In this document: piece after piece, positions 10,728 through 20,073 of the stretch
Position numbering within the stretch: the stretch's first letter is position 1
Layout: every line of letters starts with the position of its first letter
Virus record (IMG/VR): IMGVR_UViG_3300046314_000711
DNA: 64,000 nucleotides
Direction: 5' to 3' (one strand)
DNA from: a virus
Translations under genes and position numbers: made by a program
The notes under the pieces: generated by a model
What the model was told of the DNA's origin: nothing
The model's database searches: none
Seen by the model: the letters and a program-made list of their open reading frames with translations, nothing else

Positions 10728-12356
10728 ATGGCAAAAACCGCTAAGTTCGCAGGGTACTTCAAACTCATCAATGCTGAACCAACTCCAGCAGAAATAACCG
10801 ACAACGTAGCGTTTGATAGTGTTGCAGTTGGTAATATCACTGGTTGGTACTCAAATATTGTTACAGGCTCTGGCAATCGGACAGCAAAATATTCCGAGTA
10901 TGATCTAATGGACGCTGATATTGAAGTATCGCGAGCACTTGATGTTATTGCAGAAGAGATGTCTAGTGGGCGTGGCGCTGATTTGATCTCGATTGATGCT
11001 GAGGAGGATTCGTTAACTGAATCTGAACACGTTACTTTAAAAACTGCCCTTGGTCGGTGGAAGAAGAGTCAAGGACTCGATTCTAAACTATTCGACATCG
11101 CTCGTCAACTTGTCAAGTACGGTGACGTATTCTTTAACAAACCTGAACCATTCAGCAAATGGGACTACATTCCACCGAAACAAGTAACTGGTGCTTACGT
11201 TAACGAAAACAATGCATCTCAAGTGCTTGGTTTTGTTGTTAATGAAGGTTACAAGAATGCTCAACACGCGGGATACAATGTTGGGATCAAACAGCAGGAG
11301 TTAGTAATCAAGCCGGTTACCAAAATTATTCGTTTTACGTTAAATAACGATATGAGTGATGCAGCTCCGTTTGGCAAGTCGATTCTAGCGTCTGTGTACC
11401 GCGCGTATCAACAGAAAAAATTAATCGAAGATTCGATCATCATCTACCGTGTCCAGCGCGCTCCCGAAAAACGTGTGTTCTATATTGACGTTGGTCGCAT
11501 GCCCCCTAACCGTGCAAAGGCTTACTTACAACAAGTGAAAACGGAGATGCGTCAGCGTAGTATTCCTGCTCTCAATAATGGCAATGAAGCTACTGTTGAC
11601 ACGGTGTACGACCCTCAGGATATGATGGAAGACTTTTTCCTCGCAACAGGTGCTGAAGGTAAAGGTAGTAAGATTGAAGTATTGCCTGGTGGTCAGAACC
11701 TGGGTTCACTTGAGGATTTAAACTACTTTGCTGACAAACTCAATCAAGGTCTTCGTATCCCGACTTCGTGGGTGCGTGATACAGGATCTGGTCCAGCAGT
11801 AGTCAATGACGGCAAGTCTGGTGTTGCATTTATTCAGGAATTGCGTTTTGCAAAGTTCATTGAACGCCTGCAAGATCGATTGATTGCAACTCTCGATACG
11901 GAGTTTAAACTTTTCTTAAAGAATGTTGGTATCCGTATTGATCAAGATGCATTCTTCTTGAAACTCCCCGAACCATCGAATTTTGAATCATATCGTCAGG
12001 CAGCTAAGGACGCTGACTTACTCAATGTATTTGCAAGTACGACTAGCATTCCTCAAATGTCCCCTCGCTTCGCAATGAAACGATTCTTACAGATGACGGA
12101 AGCTGAGTCTGCAGAAAACGAACGCTTGCTCCGTGAAGAGAAGGGTGTCGAACTCGATGACCCAATGTTGTTGATGAAGTTGTACCAACCTGATGCTGTT
12201 GCTGAAGGTGGCGCAGGCATGGGTGGTGGAATTGATGTTGGTGGTGGAGGCGGAATGGGTGACCTAAGCCTCGATACTGAGGAGCCACCTATTGATGACA
12301 ATGCAGGTGGTGAAGAACCTCCACCTGCGGCAGAAGAACCACCTCCTCAGGTCTAG
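10728..12356 (+). CDS. Portal protein, T4 gp20-like
   Basis: EDSIIIYRVQRAPEKRVFYIDVGRMP, MMEDFFL, IEVLPGGQNLG, ELRFAKFIERLQ. Confidence 0.95.
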   Translation: MAKTAKFAGYFKLINAEPTPAEITDNVAFDSVAVGNITGWYSNIVTGSGNRTAKYSEYDLMDADIEVSRALDVIAEEMSSGRGADLISIDAEEDSLTESEHVTLKTALGRWKKSQGLDSKLFDIARQLVKYGDVFFNKPEPFSKWDYIPPKQVTGAYVNENNASQVLGFVVNEGYKNAQHAGYNVGIKQQELVIKPVTKIIRFTLNNDMSDAAPFGKSILASVYRAYQQKKLIEDSIIIYRVQRAPEKRVFYIDVGRMPPNRAKAYLQQVKTEMRQRSIPALNNGNEATVDTVYDPQDMMEDFFLATGAEGKGSKIEVLPGGQNLGSLEDLNYFADKLNQGLRIPTSWVRDTGSGPAVVNDGKSGVAFIQELRFAKFIERLQDRLIATLDTEFKLFLKNVGIRIDQDAFFLKLPEPSNFESYRQAAKDADLLNVFASTTSIPQMSPRFAMKRFLQMTEAESAENERLLREEKGVELDDPMLLMKLYQPDAVAEGGAGMGGGIDVGGGGGMGDLSLDTEEPPIDDNAGGEEPPPAAEEPPPQV

Positions 12357-12363
12357 TCGGTAA

Positions 12364-12996
12364 TCACCACCAAGTACTTGCAAAGTGGTGAATTCCATAT
12401 ATCTGGTCAGGAGTTGAGTGTTGAATTCCAGTGAGAGATCTGGAAAAGAACGTGTTGCTTGGCAATAGTAGAACATCAGCATCTTTAACACAATACGTTA
12501 AAAACATTGGTCCAGTGGAGTGAAGCACCACCATCCGTTTATCGTGGTATTGTTTAGTTGGGGGCCACATCAATTCGGAAGTAATGTGATTGAATACTGT
12601 TGTATTTGGTGCAGCTGCCATAAATGCGTTGCTTACTAACGTTTTAACACCCATCCTACTAGCATCTACTGGATGCTCGGTAGCAAACACTTGGTCCGTA
12701 GTTAATAGATCGTCTATTGGTTTAATTGGTTCGATGTCTAAATCTGCATATACTCCACCAACTGTGTTCAATATCAAATACCTAGCTGCATCTACTCGTT
12801 GGATGTTGTAAGGATATTTGTTGTAAGTTGATATGAAGTTAGGATACTCTGTCTTAACAAACTCTAGAAGCATATCATCGGTCCACAATTTGTACTGCCA
12901 TGTAGGGTGGAGCCGCTTCCAATTATTCACAAACTCAGCAAATTCATCAGGTATTGAGTTAGTTTTCCAAAGTTGGTGAATTATTTTCGGTATCAT
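12364..12996 (-). CDS. Glycosyltransferase, GT32/Och1-like (DxD)
   Basis: MIPKIIHQLW, DAARYLIL..GGVYADLD, NAFMAA, TGPMFLT, HHFASTWW. Confidence 0.85.
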   Translation of the reverse strand: MIPKIIHQLWKTNSIPDEFAEFVNNWKRLHPTWQYKLWTDDMLLEFVKTEYPNFISTYNKYPYNIQRVDAARYLILNTVGGVYADLDIEPIKPIDDLLTTDQVFATEHPVDASRMGVKTLVSNAFMAAAPNTTVFNHITSELMWPPTKQYHDKRMVVLHSTGPMFLTYCVKDADVLLLPSNTFFSRSLTGIQHSTPDQIYGIHHFASTWW

Positions 12997-13062
12997 CTCC
13001 ACCTACCTATGTGCACAGTCAGTTATTTACATAAATACGATATACACTGTCTATTTTCCATT

Positions 13063-13704
13063 ATGAAAACCTCGTTCCTTCACGAAATCTATACTCCCGA
13101 CCAAGCTAACACAGTTGTCGAATCTTTTGTTGATGAAGCAACCGGTCGCCGCAACTGGTACCTCGAGGGGGTTTGCATGATGGGCGATGCTGAGAACCGC
13201 AATAAACGTCGTTACCCTACTCAAGAAATCTCTCGTGCTGTTGAATCACTCCAAGAATCAATCAAAAACAAACAGTGCTTTGGTGAACTCGACCACCCAC
13301 TTGACTCCCGTATTGCAATCGAGTTGAAAAATGTTTCCCATATGTTTGAATCCCTCCGTATGGACGGTACCAACGCAGTCGGTCGCATCAAGATTCTTGA
13401 CACACCAATGGGCTCAATCGCTTCCAAGATTCTTGAAGGTGGTGGACGTCTTGGTGTATCCTCTCGTGGTACCGGTGATGTGATGGAAGGTGGCGTTGTT
13501 AAAAACTTCCAGTGCTCATGCATCGACTTGGTTGCTACACCATCTGCCCCAAACGCAATGCCAGCATCGATCTACGAAGCACTTCAACAAGATGCACAGG
13601 GCCGCATGGTGCAAACTCTTGCAGAAGCATTGCAAGAAGACAAAGCAGCACAGAAGTACTTCGATACGGAAGTAACAAAGTTTTTGCGTAGCCTACTTGG
13701 TTAA
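13063..13704 (+). CDS. Prohead protease, T4 gp21-like
   Basis: NRNKRRYP, GELDHP, ILDTPMG, LGVSSRGTG, DLVATPSAPNA; start set at ATG 13063 after TAAATA. Confidence 0.95.
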   Translation: MKTSFLHEIYTPDQANTVVESFVDEATGRRNWYLEGVCMMGDAENRNKRRYPTQEISRAVESLQESIKNKQCFGELDHPLDSRIAIELKNVSHMFESLRMDGTNAVGRIKILDTPMGSIASKILEGGGRLGVSSRGTGDVMEGGVVKNFQCSCIDLVATPSAPNAMPASIYEALQQDAQGRMVQTLAEALQEDKAAQKYFDTEVTKFLRSLLG

Positions 13705-13712
13705 TCACTGTC

Positions 13713-14288
13713 ATGGGACGGTTCGTCAACTATCTAATCGAATCTGCCAATGTACTTAGCGAGTTGGCACTGCCACAAAACAAGTGGGAGACGTTGTTAT
13801 CGACATCTGATAAGCAAGAGGTTGGCAATGACCTAATCGATTTAGTCCGCAATGCATATTACAATACACCTGAGGGTAGTTTCGTGAATAGCCTAAAAGA
13901 CGTTATACCATCTGATTGGGAAGTGATTGATTGGGACGGCGATGCAAGCATCAATGCCACTGTATTCTTTCGTAAGCCTCGTAGTAATGAAAACTGGCAA
14001 GGATGTAAAATACAAGGTCTGGGTCACGACGGTCAGCGACATTCCAAAGATCGCGCTACTGAGAAGATGGTTACCATGCTTGGTACCGTTGGATACTGGC
14101 TCGAGGGTAGTGATGCAATGCGAGCAGTGTTGATGAAAATGCAAGTACCTGTCGTATCAAACGAGCAGTTTTTACGGCAGTTGTTCAACGACCCAGCACT
14201 AAAAATGATAGATCACAGCACGTACCAACGCAGCTTAGGTAATAAGATTATTACCGAATCTGTGTTTGGTAAGCCCGTACTGCGTTAA
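13713..14288 (+). CDS. Hypothetical protein (possible internal head protein)
   Basis: 191 aa ORF; N-terminus MGRFVNYLIE resembles capsid-targeting leaders. Confidence 0.6.
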   Translation: MGRFVNYLIESANVLSELALPQNKWETLLSTSDKQEVGNDLIDLVRNAYYNTPEGSFVNSLKDVIPSDWEVIDWDGDASINATVFFRKPRSNENWQGCKIQGLGHDGQRHSKDRATEKMVTMLGTVGYWLEGSDAMRAVLMKMQVPVVSNEQFLRQLFNDPALKMIDHSTYQRSLGNKIITESVFGKPVLR

Positions 14289-15466
14289 AATATCATCGGC
14301 ATTTCATCGTAGTCGTCGGTATCGTCAAACTCGTGTTTACTCTCTTCCGATTCTTCGACGGAGTACAACATATCAAACGCTGTTTCGTCATATGCAGCTA
14401 ACTGTTTGACGACACGGCACGTTAGTATAGTAGCCATCACACAGTCGTCTGTTGCACCTTCTTTTGCTTTGTATGTACCACCTGTTAATATAAAGTTCTT
14501 GATTTCGTGTACCAAATCACGGCTGTTGAGTTTTAGTACTCCACCTTCAACAAACTCTTTGAAAATCTTGCACCCAAGCGCTTTCGACTTATTGCTTGTA
14601 TTCAGTCCAATCTGACCGACCTCTGATACGAGCTCAACATTTTCTGGTAGAGCCTCATCGTTCGCAAATAGCGCTAACAAGCCTTCACCAACGCCGTTAT
14701 TCTCAACTGTAAAATATACCTGCCAACCAGCCTTATCAGCCTTCTCCCATATCCGTTTCAGGGCGATGTAAATATCACCAGTCTTCGACTTGTTTGACCG
14801 CAGCTCCATCATCTGCTCCAACCCTGGGTATGAAAACACTTGGACTACGGTAAAATCTCGTTCTACACCCTTGCTTGGATCAACAGTTACAATACACTGC
14901 CTATCGTACACTTTAGTCTCAACAGCCTCCTGCCGACTTGGGTTGTGCCACTGATTGTGTAAATTGTAGTTATTGACTTGTTGGGATGTTGATTGTTGAT
15001 ATTTTATCTGCTCCTGCTTTTCAAAATCCCGCCAGATCTTAACACCAAGCTCTTGTGATTTGTGTTCGTGTGTTTTTAGTTGAGCAGCCTTCATACTATC
15101 GATTAGCAGTGGATCGCTTGATAGCATTTCACAATTGTGGGATACGACCCCACTTGATACATACGCGTGAGATGTTGTGTGTATAATATCATATACACGC
15201 TCTGGAATGTTTTGTTTAATTGACACGACTTGCTTGTTGCGTGGAATGCCATCGAGAATCATATTTGGTTTTATGCGTTTCGCGACTATCTCCTTGCGTT
15301 TAACAAAACACCGATGGTCTGTTGTAACTGTTAAAGTGGTTGCATCTGTAAATGTTAGTACAACTGTTGGTTTTACTCCATTAAAAGAAATGCCTCCAAA
15401 GGGCTCAAACCCATTTGGTGTTAGTATTTTGTAGCTGAGCCTGTTATTGTGTAGAATTGGGGTCAT
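14285..15466 (-). CDS. Terminase large subunit part 3: split-intein C-fragment plus nuclease domain
   Basis: IntC ends GVVSHN|CEML; nuclease motifs TVDPSKG, VENNGVG, DDCVMA; SD AGGTGG before ATG 15466. Confidence 0.9.
   Translation of the reverse strand: MTPILHNNRLSYKILTPNGFEPFGGISFNGVKPTVVLTFTDATTLTVTTDHRCFVKRKEIVAKRIKPNMILDGIPRNKQVVSIKQNIPERVYDIIHTTSHAYVSSGVVSHNCEMLSSDPLLIDSMKAAQLKTHEHKSQELGVKIWRDFEKQEQIKYQQSTSQQVNNYNLHNQWHNPSRQEAVETKVYDRQCIVTVDPSKGVERDFTVVQVFSYPGLEQMMELRSNKSKTGDIYIALKRIWEKADKAGWQVYFTVENNGVGEGLLALFANDEALPENVELVSEVGQIGLNTSNKSKALGCKIFKEFVEGGVLKLNSRDLVHEIKNFILTGGTYKAKEGATDDCVMATILTCRVVKQLAAYDETAFDMLYSVEESEESKHEFDDTDDYDEMPMIF
15134..15466 (-). mobile_element. Split intein 3, C-fragment (111 aa)
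   Basis: KILTPNGF, block B TTDH, block F VYD, block G SHN followed by Cys+1. Confidence 0.9.
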
Positions 15467-16361
15467 ATTTTCCACCTTTTGATATATTATCTCTCCAAGG
15501 TAACATCTGCAGATTGTTTACAGCAGCGATTTCCTCAGGTGGAATATCATTACAAAAGCCATAAATCACAGGCATTATATGATCCAAATGATATCCGTCT
15601 CCAGATGTTGCCCTTGTGTAGTTATTTGGATTAATTGTGTGCTTGTTGGAGCGGTAGTTGCGCTCGGTGAGAGTTCGAGCTGTATAACTATATTGCTTCC
15701 ATTCCGACAATAACTCAAATGGTACCACTTTACCTAACGCTTCTAGTTTTTTTCGTCGCTTCTGCCAAGTCTCAGATGTGGTAAAATCATTCATCCATCT
15801 GCCACCAAACGCCTTCGTTAGATTATCTAAGAACTGCCGCCGCTGTTCATCAGTCCAGTTTTGTTTTGTATTGCTTATTTTTTCAGAGTTGTTGTATTTT
15901 TTATCACCGTACAACGCCTGACAAGTCAACTCTCGCTTTATTACTGACTTTTTGTATGAACCTCGTGCTGTACCAGTGGCTATTCTCTGTTGTTGGTGAA
16001 GATATTTTATTGCCTTTGGTGTATTCAGCTTTGCTTGTTTTATACTAGCAATGTGTTGGGTTTTTTGTTCGATGCTGCGTGACCTCAGCGCATCTCTTCG
16101 AGCGATTATTGTGCATTCGTCTGAACCACAGCAAGTCAAAAACTCCATTCTACTTCGACTAAACGAGTTTCTTGCACCACATGAGCAAAATGTAACTAAT
16201 TCTGGATGCATCTTGTGTATAAGATCCGCATATGATGCAACATCGTTCGTAACAAGATGTCTTAAAAAATCACCATTCTTTCTGCAATATATTTCACCAT
16301 CTATAGGGGATTTAATAAACACTCCAAGGTATGGATACCCTTCACTATATTCTATTGCCAT
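15444..16361 (-). CDS. Free-standing HNH homing endonuclease
   Basis: YHLDHIMP..NNLQMLPWRDNISKG; Cys clusters; lies between TerL parts 2 and 3; TATAAATA at 16385-16392 upstream. Confidence 0.85.
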   Translation of the reverse strand: MAIEYSEGYPYLGVFIKSPIDGEIYCRKNGDFLRHLVTNDVASYADLIHKMHPELVTFCSCGARNSFSRSRMEFLTCCGSDECTIIARRDALRSRSIEQKTQHIASIKQAKLNTPKAIKYLHQQQRIATGTARGSYKKSVIKRELTCQALYGDKKYNNSEKISNTKQNWTDEQRRQFLDNLTKAFGGRWMNDFTTSETWQKRRKKLEALGKVVPFELLSEWKQYSYTARTLTERNYRSNKHTINPNNYTRATSGDGYHLDHIMPVIYGFCNDIPPEEIAAVNNLQMLPWRDNISKGGKYDPNSTQ

Positions 16362-16387
16362 GAAAAATAACACTTGTTGCCACTTAT

Positions 16388-17944
16388 TTATACCGAACTC
16401 TCAGTAAGTATGTTAAACAGAGTTTCCAGTGATATAGTATGTATTTTACCACTCTCATCCTGTACTGTTACTGTTTCGTCACTTTCGCAGCAAGCGAATT
16501 CTTGCCGCCATTTTAATTCCCCATTCTTTGCGATTTCTTGCTTCTTGAACGCTTCGGTACGACCCGGTACTTTATTCCATTTAATTGTTAGTGGCTTCAT
16601 TCCATTAATACCTGCTACAGCACCTCGCCATAGTGTTGCAAATAAATCACTATCACCATTTGGTGTAGAGGTCATAAACAGTTTACCGCCAGTTGCTAGT
16701 GTAGGAGAAATTGATGCCCAGAATTCAGTCTGAATCATCGGCCGCACGAAAGCTGTTTCGTCGCAGTTTTTTGTAATAATGTTCCCATTAACTAAAAATG
16801 AGTGATCGCCATTTTTTACCTCCACTAAATCGTACACCGCTGCTGTATCAATCGGTTGTACATCAGTTACAATCAGTTGAGTTGTGGTAGTGTCGATGCA
16901 TTCCCATGCACGTAAATCTCTTGTTTGCTTGCGTTCACCACTTGTGAAAAAAGCGTGTTCAGCAGTAGCATCTACGTGGGTACCATCGGAAAGTGATATT
17001 CGAAATAATTGTTTATCGAGAGTTTTAAGTATACCACTAAAGCCGACCCAACCGTGGGGAGTCAAAACTTGATGTGTTGTATTTGCATTAAATCCCTCAC
17101 TAGCATTAATCCCAGTTGCGTGATACAAGTCGTGTAAAGAAATTGTCAATGCATCACCCACATCGCTTTCACGAACTGTTACCGTTGTATCTCCACCAAG
17201 GCAATACAAAATTGAGAATGATCCGCCTCGACCAGTTGTTTCGGATGTTGCATCAGAAATAATGCGACTACCTGTTTCAAACTTCAATGAAAGCTTATTC
17301 CAACCATCGTCTGTTACTCCAGGTTTTAAAAAGTCAGGAAGACTCTCGTACATGTATTTGATACGTGATATCATCTCACTTGAATTTTTGTGTTTATTAC
17401 TTGTTATTAGTACAGTTTTATCTTTGTTGAAGATACTGAACCAAAACAAATACGCACAACTCGTCTCGCTGTTGTGTGATAAAATATCATTAGTATAATA
17501 CACGTGGTTTTCATCAGCTAATTCCAAATCGTACATTGACTCAGGAGGGCAGTCTATTTTTGTAACACTGATTACAGTTGCAATTCCGTTAATTGTTACA
17601 AGTTCGTCACCTAGCGCCAAATCTTTGGTAAACACTTCAGCTCCAGTACAATCAATCAAAAGGTGCTCGTCGGCACAATATATTTCGGAACCATTATTTA
17701 ACTTAACACACCATACGTCGTACGGCACAGTTTTAAAGATGTGCTTAACGGGAGCAAATCCGGAAGGGGTGTTTACGAACAAATCGTCTGGTGCACCCCT
17801 CTCGACAAATTTGAGGACGTTGTTGTTATATATTGAACACAGAGCAGACTCGGTTTCGGAGAATAGTTCACCTATCGAAATATCAGATGCATTTAAGCAC
17901 CAATTGCGGAATGAAGATTTTAATTGTTTAAAAAGTGTAAACAT
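16388..17944 (-). CDS. Terminase large subunit part 2: IntC1 - ATPase - cis intein 2 - ATPase - IntN3
   Basis: Exteins SETSCAY..TGRGGSFSILY and CDETAFV..TSTPNG..WRQEFA; start taken at ATG 17944 (track start 17989). Confidence 0.9.
   Translation of the reverse strand: MFTLFKQLKSSFRNWCLNASDISIGELFSETESALCSIYNNNVLKFVERGAPDDLFVNTPSGFAPVKHIFKTVPYDVWCVKLNNGSEIYCADEHLLIDCTGAEVFTKDLALGDELVTINGIATVISVTKIDCPPESMYDLELADENHVYYTNDILSHNSETSCAYLFWFSIFNKDKTVLITSNKHKNSSEMISRIKYMYESLPDFLKPGVTDDGWNKLSLKFETGSRIISDATSETTGRGGSFSILYCLGGDTTVTVRESDVGDALTISLHDLYHATGINASEGFNANTTHQVLTPHGWVGFSGILKTLDKQLFRISLSDGTHVDATAEHAFFTSGERKQTRDLRAWECIDTTTTQLIVTDVQPIDTAAVYDLVEVKNGDHSFLVNGNIITKNCDETAFVRPMIQTEFWASISPTLATGGKLFMTSTPNGDSDLFATLWRGAVAGINGMKPLTIKWNKVPGRTEAFKKQEIAKNGELKWRQEFACCESDETVTVQDESGKIHTISLETLFNILTESSV
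16391..16492 (-). mobile_element. Split intein 3, N-fragment (34 aa)
   Basis: WRQEFA|CCESDETVTV..TISLETLF then stop; block A aligns with CLGGDTTVTV of intein 2. Confidence 0.85.
16766..17203 (-). mobile_element. Contiguous mini-intein 2 (146 aa) in Walker B
   Basis: ILY|CLGGDTTV ... TAEH ... VYDL ... NGNIITKN|CDE; no endonuclease domain. Confidence 0.9.
17471..17944 (-). mobile_element. Split intein 1, C-fragment (about 158 aa)
   Basis: VNTPSGF, CADEH (block B), MYDL (F), TNDILSHN|S (G). Confidence 0.9.
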
Positions 17945-18930
17945 TGTTCCAATACTTGTTGAGGGGATTTTCTGAAGTCGTTTTCCCAAACGATATGTAC
18001 TTTGTAACCTGCATCTGTGTAACCGTCTGCACGCTGTTTATCATTCTCCCATAGATGTGCTGCTGTTAATGGAGGGTTACTTTGTCTAATAACATCACCC
18101 GCATTGTATTTTTTCGGATTAGCGTGAAAGTAATCTCCAAAAAACTCAATGATTTTTTTGCTGGTTGTATCAACGTAATCAGGTCTGAAAACCTTATGTG
18201 CTACCTTACCTTGTCGAACTACTTTCACAGTAATTGCCATTTCGCTATTGTGATATGCTGATCGCACACTATCCGACTTAGGTAACTGTGCAATCAAATC
18301 ATTTGATATGTTAGACACACCTGTCTTCGCTCCGCTTTTTGTGAATGATTCGGACCACTTTTTTTGTCTAGCACACCACCGTGCATAGCCGTCTTCCTCA
18401 CCGTACTTTTCAATGCACTTTTTTAAAGAGAACGTTCGTTGACGATCTGATTGTAGTTCGGTAGCTTGTTCAACATCACCATTAGTTCGTTGTAACCAGT
18501 AAGCGAGAGTTGTACTGGAGGGAATTTCGATCCGCTTTGCTGTTGCGTATGCTTTAACTTTTGCAATTCGCTCAGCAACTTCTTGCTCAGATAATCCTCG
18601 ATATTTGATGAATTTAGGTGAGTGAGCAGAGTATTTGCCACCGTGTCCTTTAGATGGGTTTCGAGTAAGCGCACGAGTGGTTAACTGATCGAGATAGTTC
18701 TTACACATTAGAGCAGTTTTATCGCAATTAAACTTTTCGTAGTATTGATCAGTTGTTAACACGTGAGCTGATTTTACGTGCTTGGATAATTGAGAAGCCT
18801 TCAATCCACAGCATTTGCAAGTTACAAATTCAACTCCTTCAACTGCGTTCTGATATTTTTGATTGTTTGTCAACATTTTATGATGTTGGTTACTACGTGT
18901 TTGTCTTTCTTTACTATTCGAGGAATACAT
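17920..18930 (-). CDS. Free-standing homing endonuclease, Vsr/PD-(D/E)XK-like with Zn finger
   Basis: CKCC..H..H finger; RPDYVD..IIEFFGDYFHANP..WEND..GYKVHIVWEND. Confidence 0.85.
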   Translation of the reverse strand: MYSSNSKERQTRSNQHHKMLTNNQKYQNAVEGVEFVTCKCCGLKASQLSKHVKSAHVLTTDQYYEKFNCDKTALMCKNYLDQLTTRALTRNPSKGHGGKYSAHSPKFIKYRGLSEQEVAERIAKVKAYATAKRIEIPSSTTLAYWLQRTNGDVEQATELQSDRQRTFSLKKCIEKYGEEDGYARWCARQKKWSESFTKSGAKTGVSNISNDLIAQLPKSDSVRSAYHNSEMAITVKVVRQGKVAHKVFRPDYVDTTSKKIIEFFGDYFHANPKKYNAGDVIRQSNPPLTAAHLWENDKQRADGYTDAGYKVHIVWENDFRKSPQQVLEQCLHFLNN

Positions 18931-19276
18931 CTGTAAAATCCTTTGGAAAAAATAACCACAGCAATACTTGTTTAAATCTATTTATGGATTTTTTCTGAAC
19001 CCTCGTTAATCTGGTATTTGCTCTGGTGCATTTTCCAGATTGGCGTGGAAATAATGTAATTACGTCTTTATGGTTGTGATATGCGTCGATTAGCTCAACT
19101 TGATAATCGTATAGATTGAACAGCGTTCGTCCTTTAACAGGATGTCGAACGTAGACGTAATTTTGAATGAAGTGAATTGGATCCTTAGCACATTTTGTGA
19201 ACTCCCTCACCTGATCTGGTGTCATTTCAACACTAGTTGAGTTGCCCTTTTTTACATTGACGTTTTTCGTTGCCAT
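18914..19276 (-). CDS. Terminase large subunit part 1 plus split-intein N-fragment
   Basis: KCAKDPIHFIQNYV, LYDYQ, Walker A PRQSGK then Cys (CTRANTRL) and stop 38 aa later. Confidence 0.9.
   Translation of the reverse strand: MATKNVNVKKGNSTSVEMTPDQVREFTKCAKDPIHFIQNYVYVRHPVKGRTLFNLYDYQVELIDAYHNHKDVITLFPRQSGKCTRANTRLTRVQKKSINRFKQVLLWLFFPKDFTDVFLE
18917..19030 (-). mobile_element. Split intein 1, N-fragment (38 aa)
   Basis: Cys directly after GK; CTRANTRLT fits block A (CxxxxTxh). Confidence 0.8.
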
Positions 19277-19314
19277 TTGCTCGTACGCTGGAAGTAGCCA
19301 CTATTTACGCCAAT

Positions 19315-19341
19315 AAAAAGGGGGCTAAAAAGCCCCCTTTT
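19315..19341 (-). terminator. Terminator after tail tube gene
   Basis: AAAAAGGGGGCT-AAAA-AGCCCCCTTTT symmetric hairpin. Confidence 0.8.
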
Positions 19342-19368
19342 GTAATTCACCTAGATGTTGTGTGTCGA

Positions 19369-19959
19369 TTAACCGCCAACGCCCTGGCCACCAAGTGCCA
19401 TGTTATTCTTGACAGCGTTCGGGAAGCGTTGGAACATATGATCAACAGAAATTGTCAAATCGATTGTCAGTGCATCGGAGTTGGAGTAATCGAGTTCAGA
19501 CCCTTTGTAGTCCTTGATCATGCAACCTTCGTACGTCCACGTCTCCAGTACCAAGTCGTTGCCGTTTAGTAAGTCGAGAATGGTTGCAAACTTGTACATG
19601 CTACCTTCTTGGCTTGCTGCCAAGAATGGACCATCTGCTCCAACCACGTACTGTTGGCGTTGTAGCTGAGCTTGGATCACTTTACCAGCCGAGCTGCCAA
19701 TATCATCGTCAAATGTGATGCTAAGATCACCAATCTTGTGCTTACCTAATACTTTCGATACAGAGTTGTAACGGTGCATTTCGTGTGTTTGAAATTCTAA
19801 ATTTGGTCTAGTTAGCTTTTTTGCTTGCATAGATAATGGTGTTGTATTTTGCAATTCTCCGAACTGCAAAAATGTCACTCTCCATTTGTTTTGCTGTTTA
19901 GGTTGTAGAAAACCTGTTCCAACGTCTGGAAGTCCGCCAACTTGTGATAGTGTGCTCAT
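19369..19959 (-). CDS. Tail tube protein, gp19-like
   Basis: LQPKQQNKWRVTF, RPNL, ITFDDD, WTYEGC, LDYS. Confidence 0.85.
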   Translation of the reverse strand: MSTLSQVGGLPDVGTGFLQPKQQNKWRVTFLQFGELQNTTPLSMQAKKLTRPNLEFQTHEMHRYNSVSKVLGKHKIGDLSITFDDDIGSSAGKVIQAQLQRQQYVVGADGPFLAASQEGSMYKFATILDLLNGNDLVLETWTYEGCMIKDYKGSELDYSNSDALTIDLTISVDHMFQRFPNAVKNNMALGGQGVGG

Positions 19960-20073
19960 GTGTAAGCCTTTTATAAAAACGAGTATATCCCTATTTATGC
20001 ACGCATAGAGTTCCCGCGAATGATTCTTTCACACTAAATACTCAATCATTCAATATCAATTTGAGGTTCAACT

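Noticed and set aside
15444-18930. TerL as a pseudogene or assembly frameshift
   Set aside because: Breaks coincide exactly with intein termini, and all catalytic motifs are restored on splicing.
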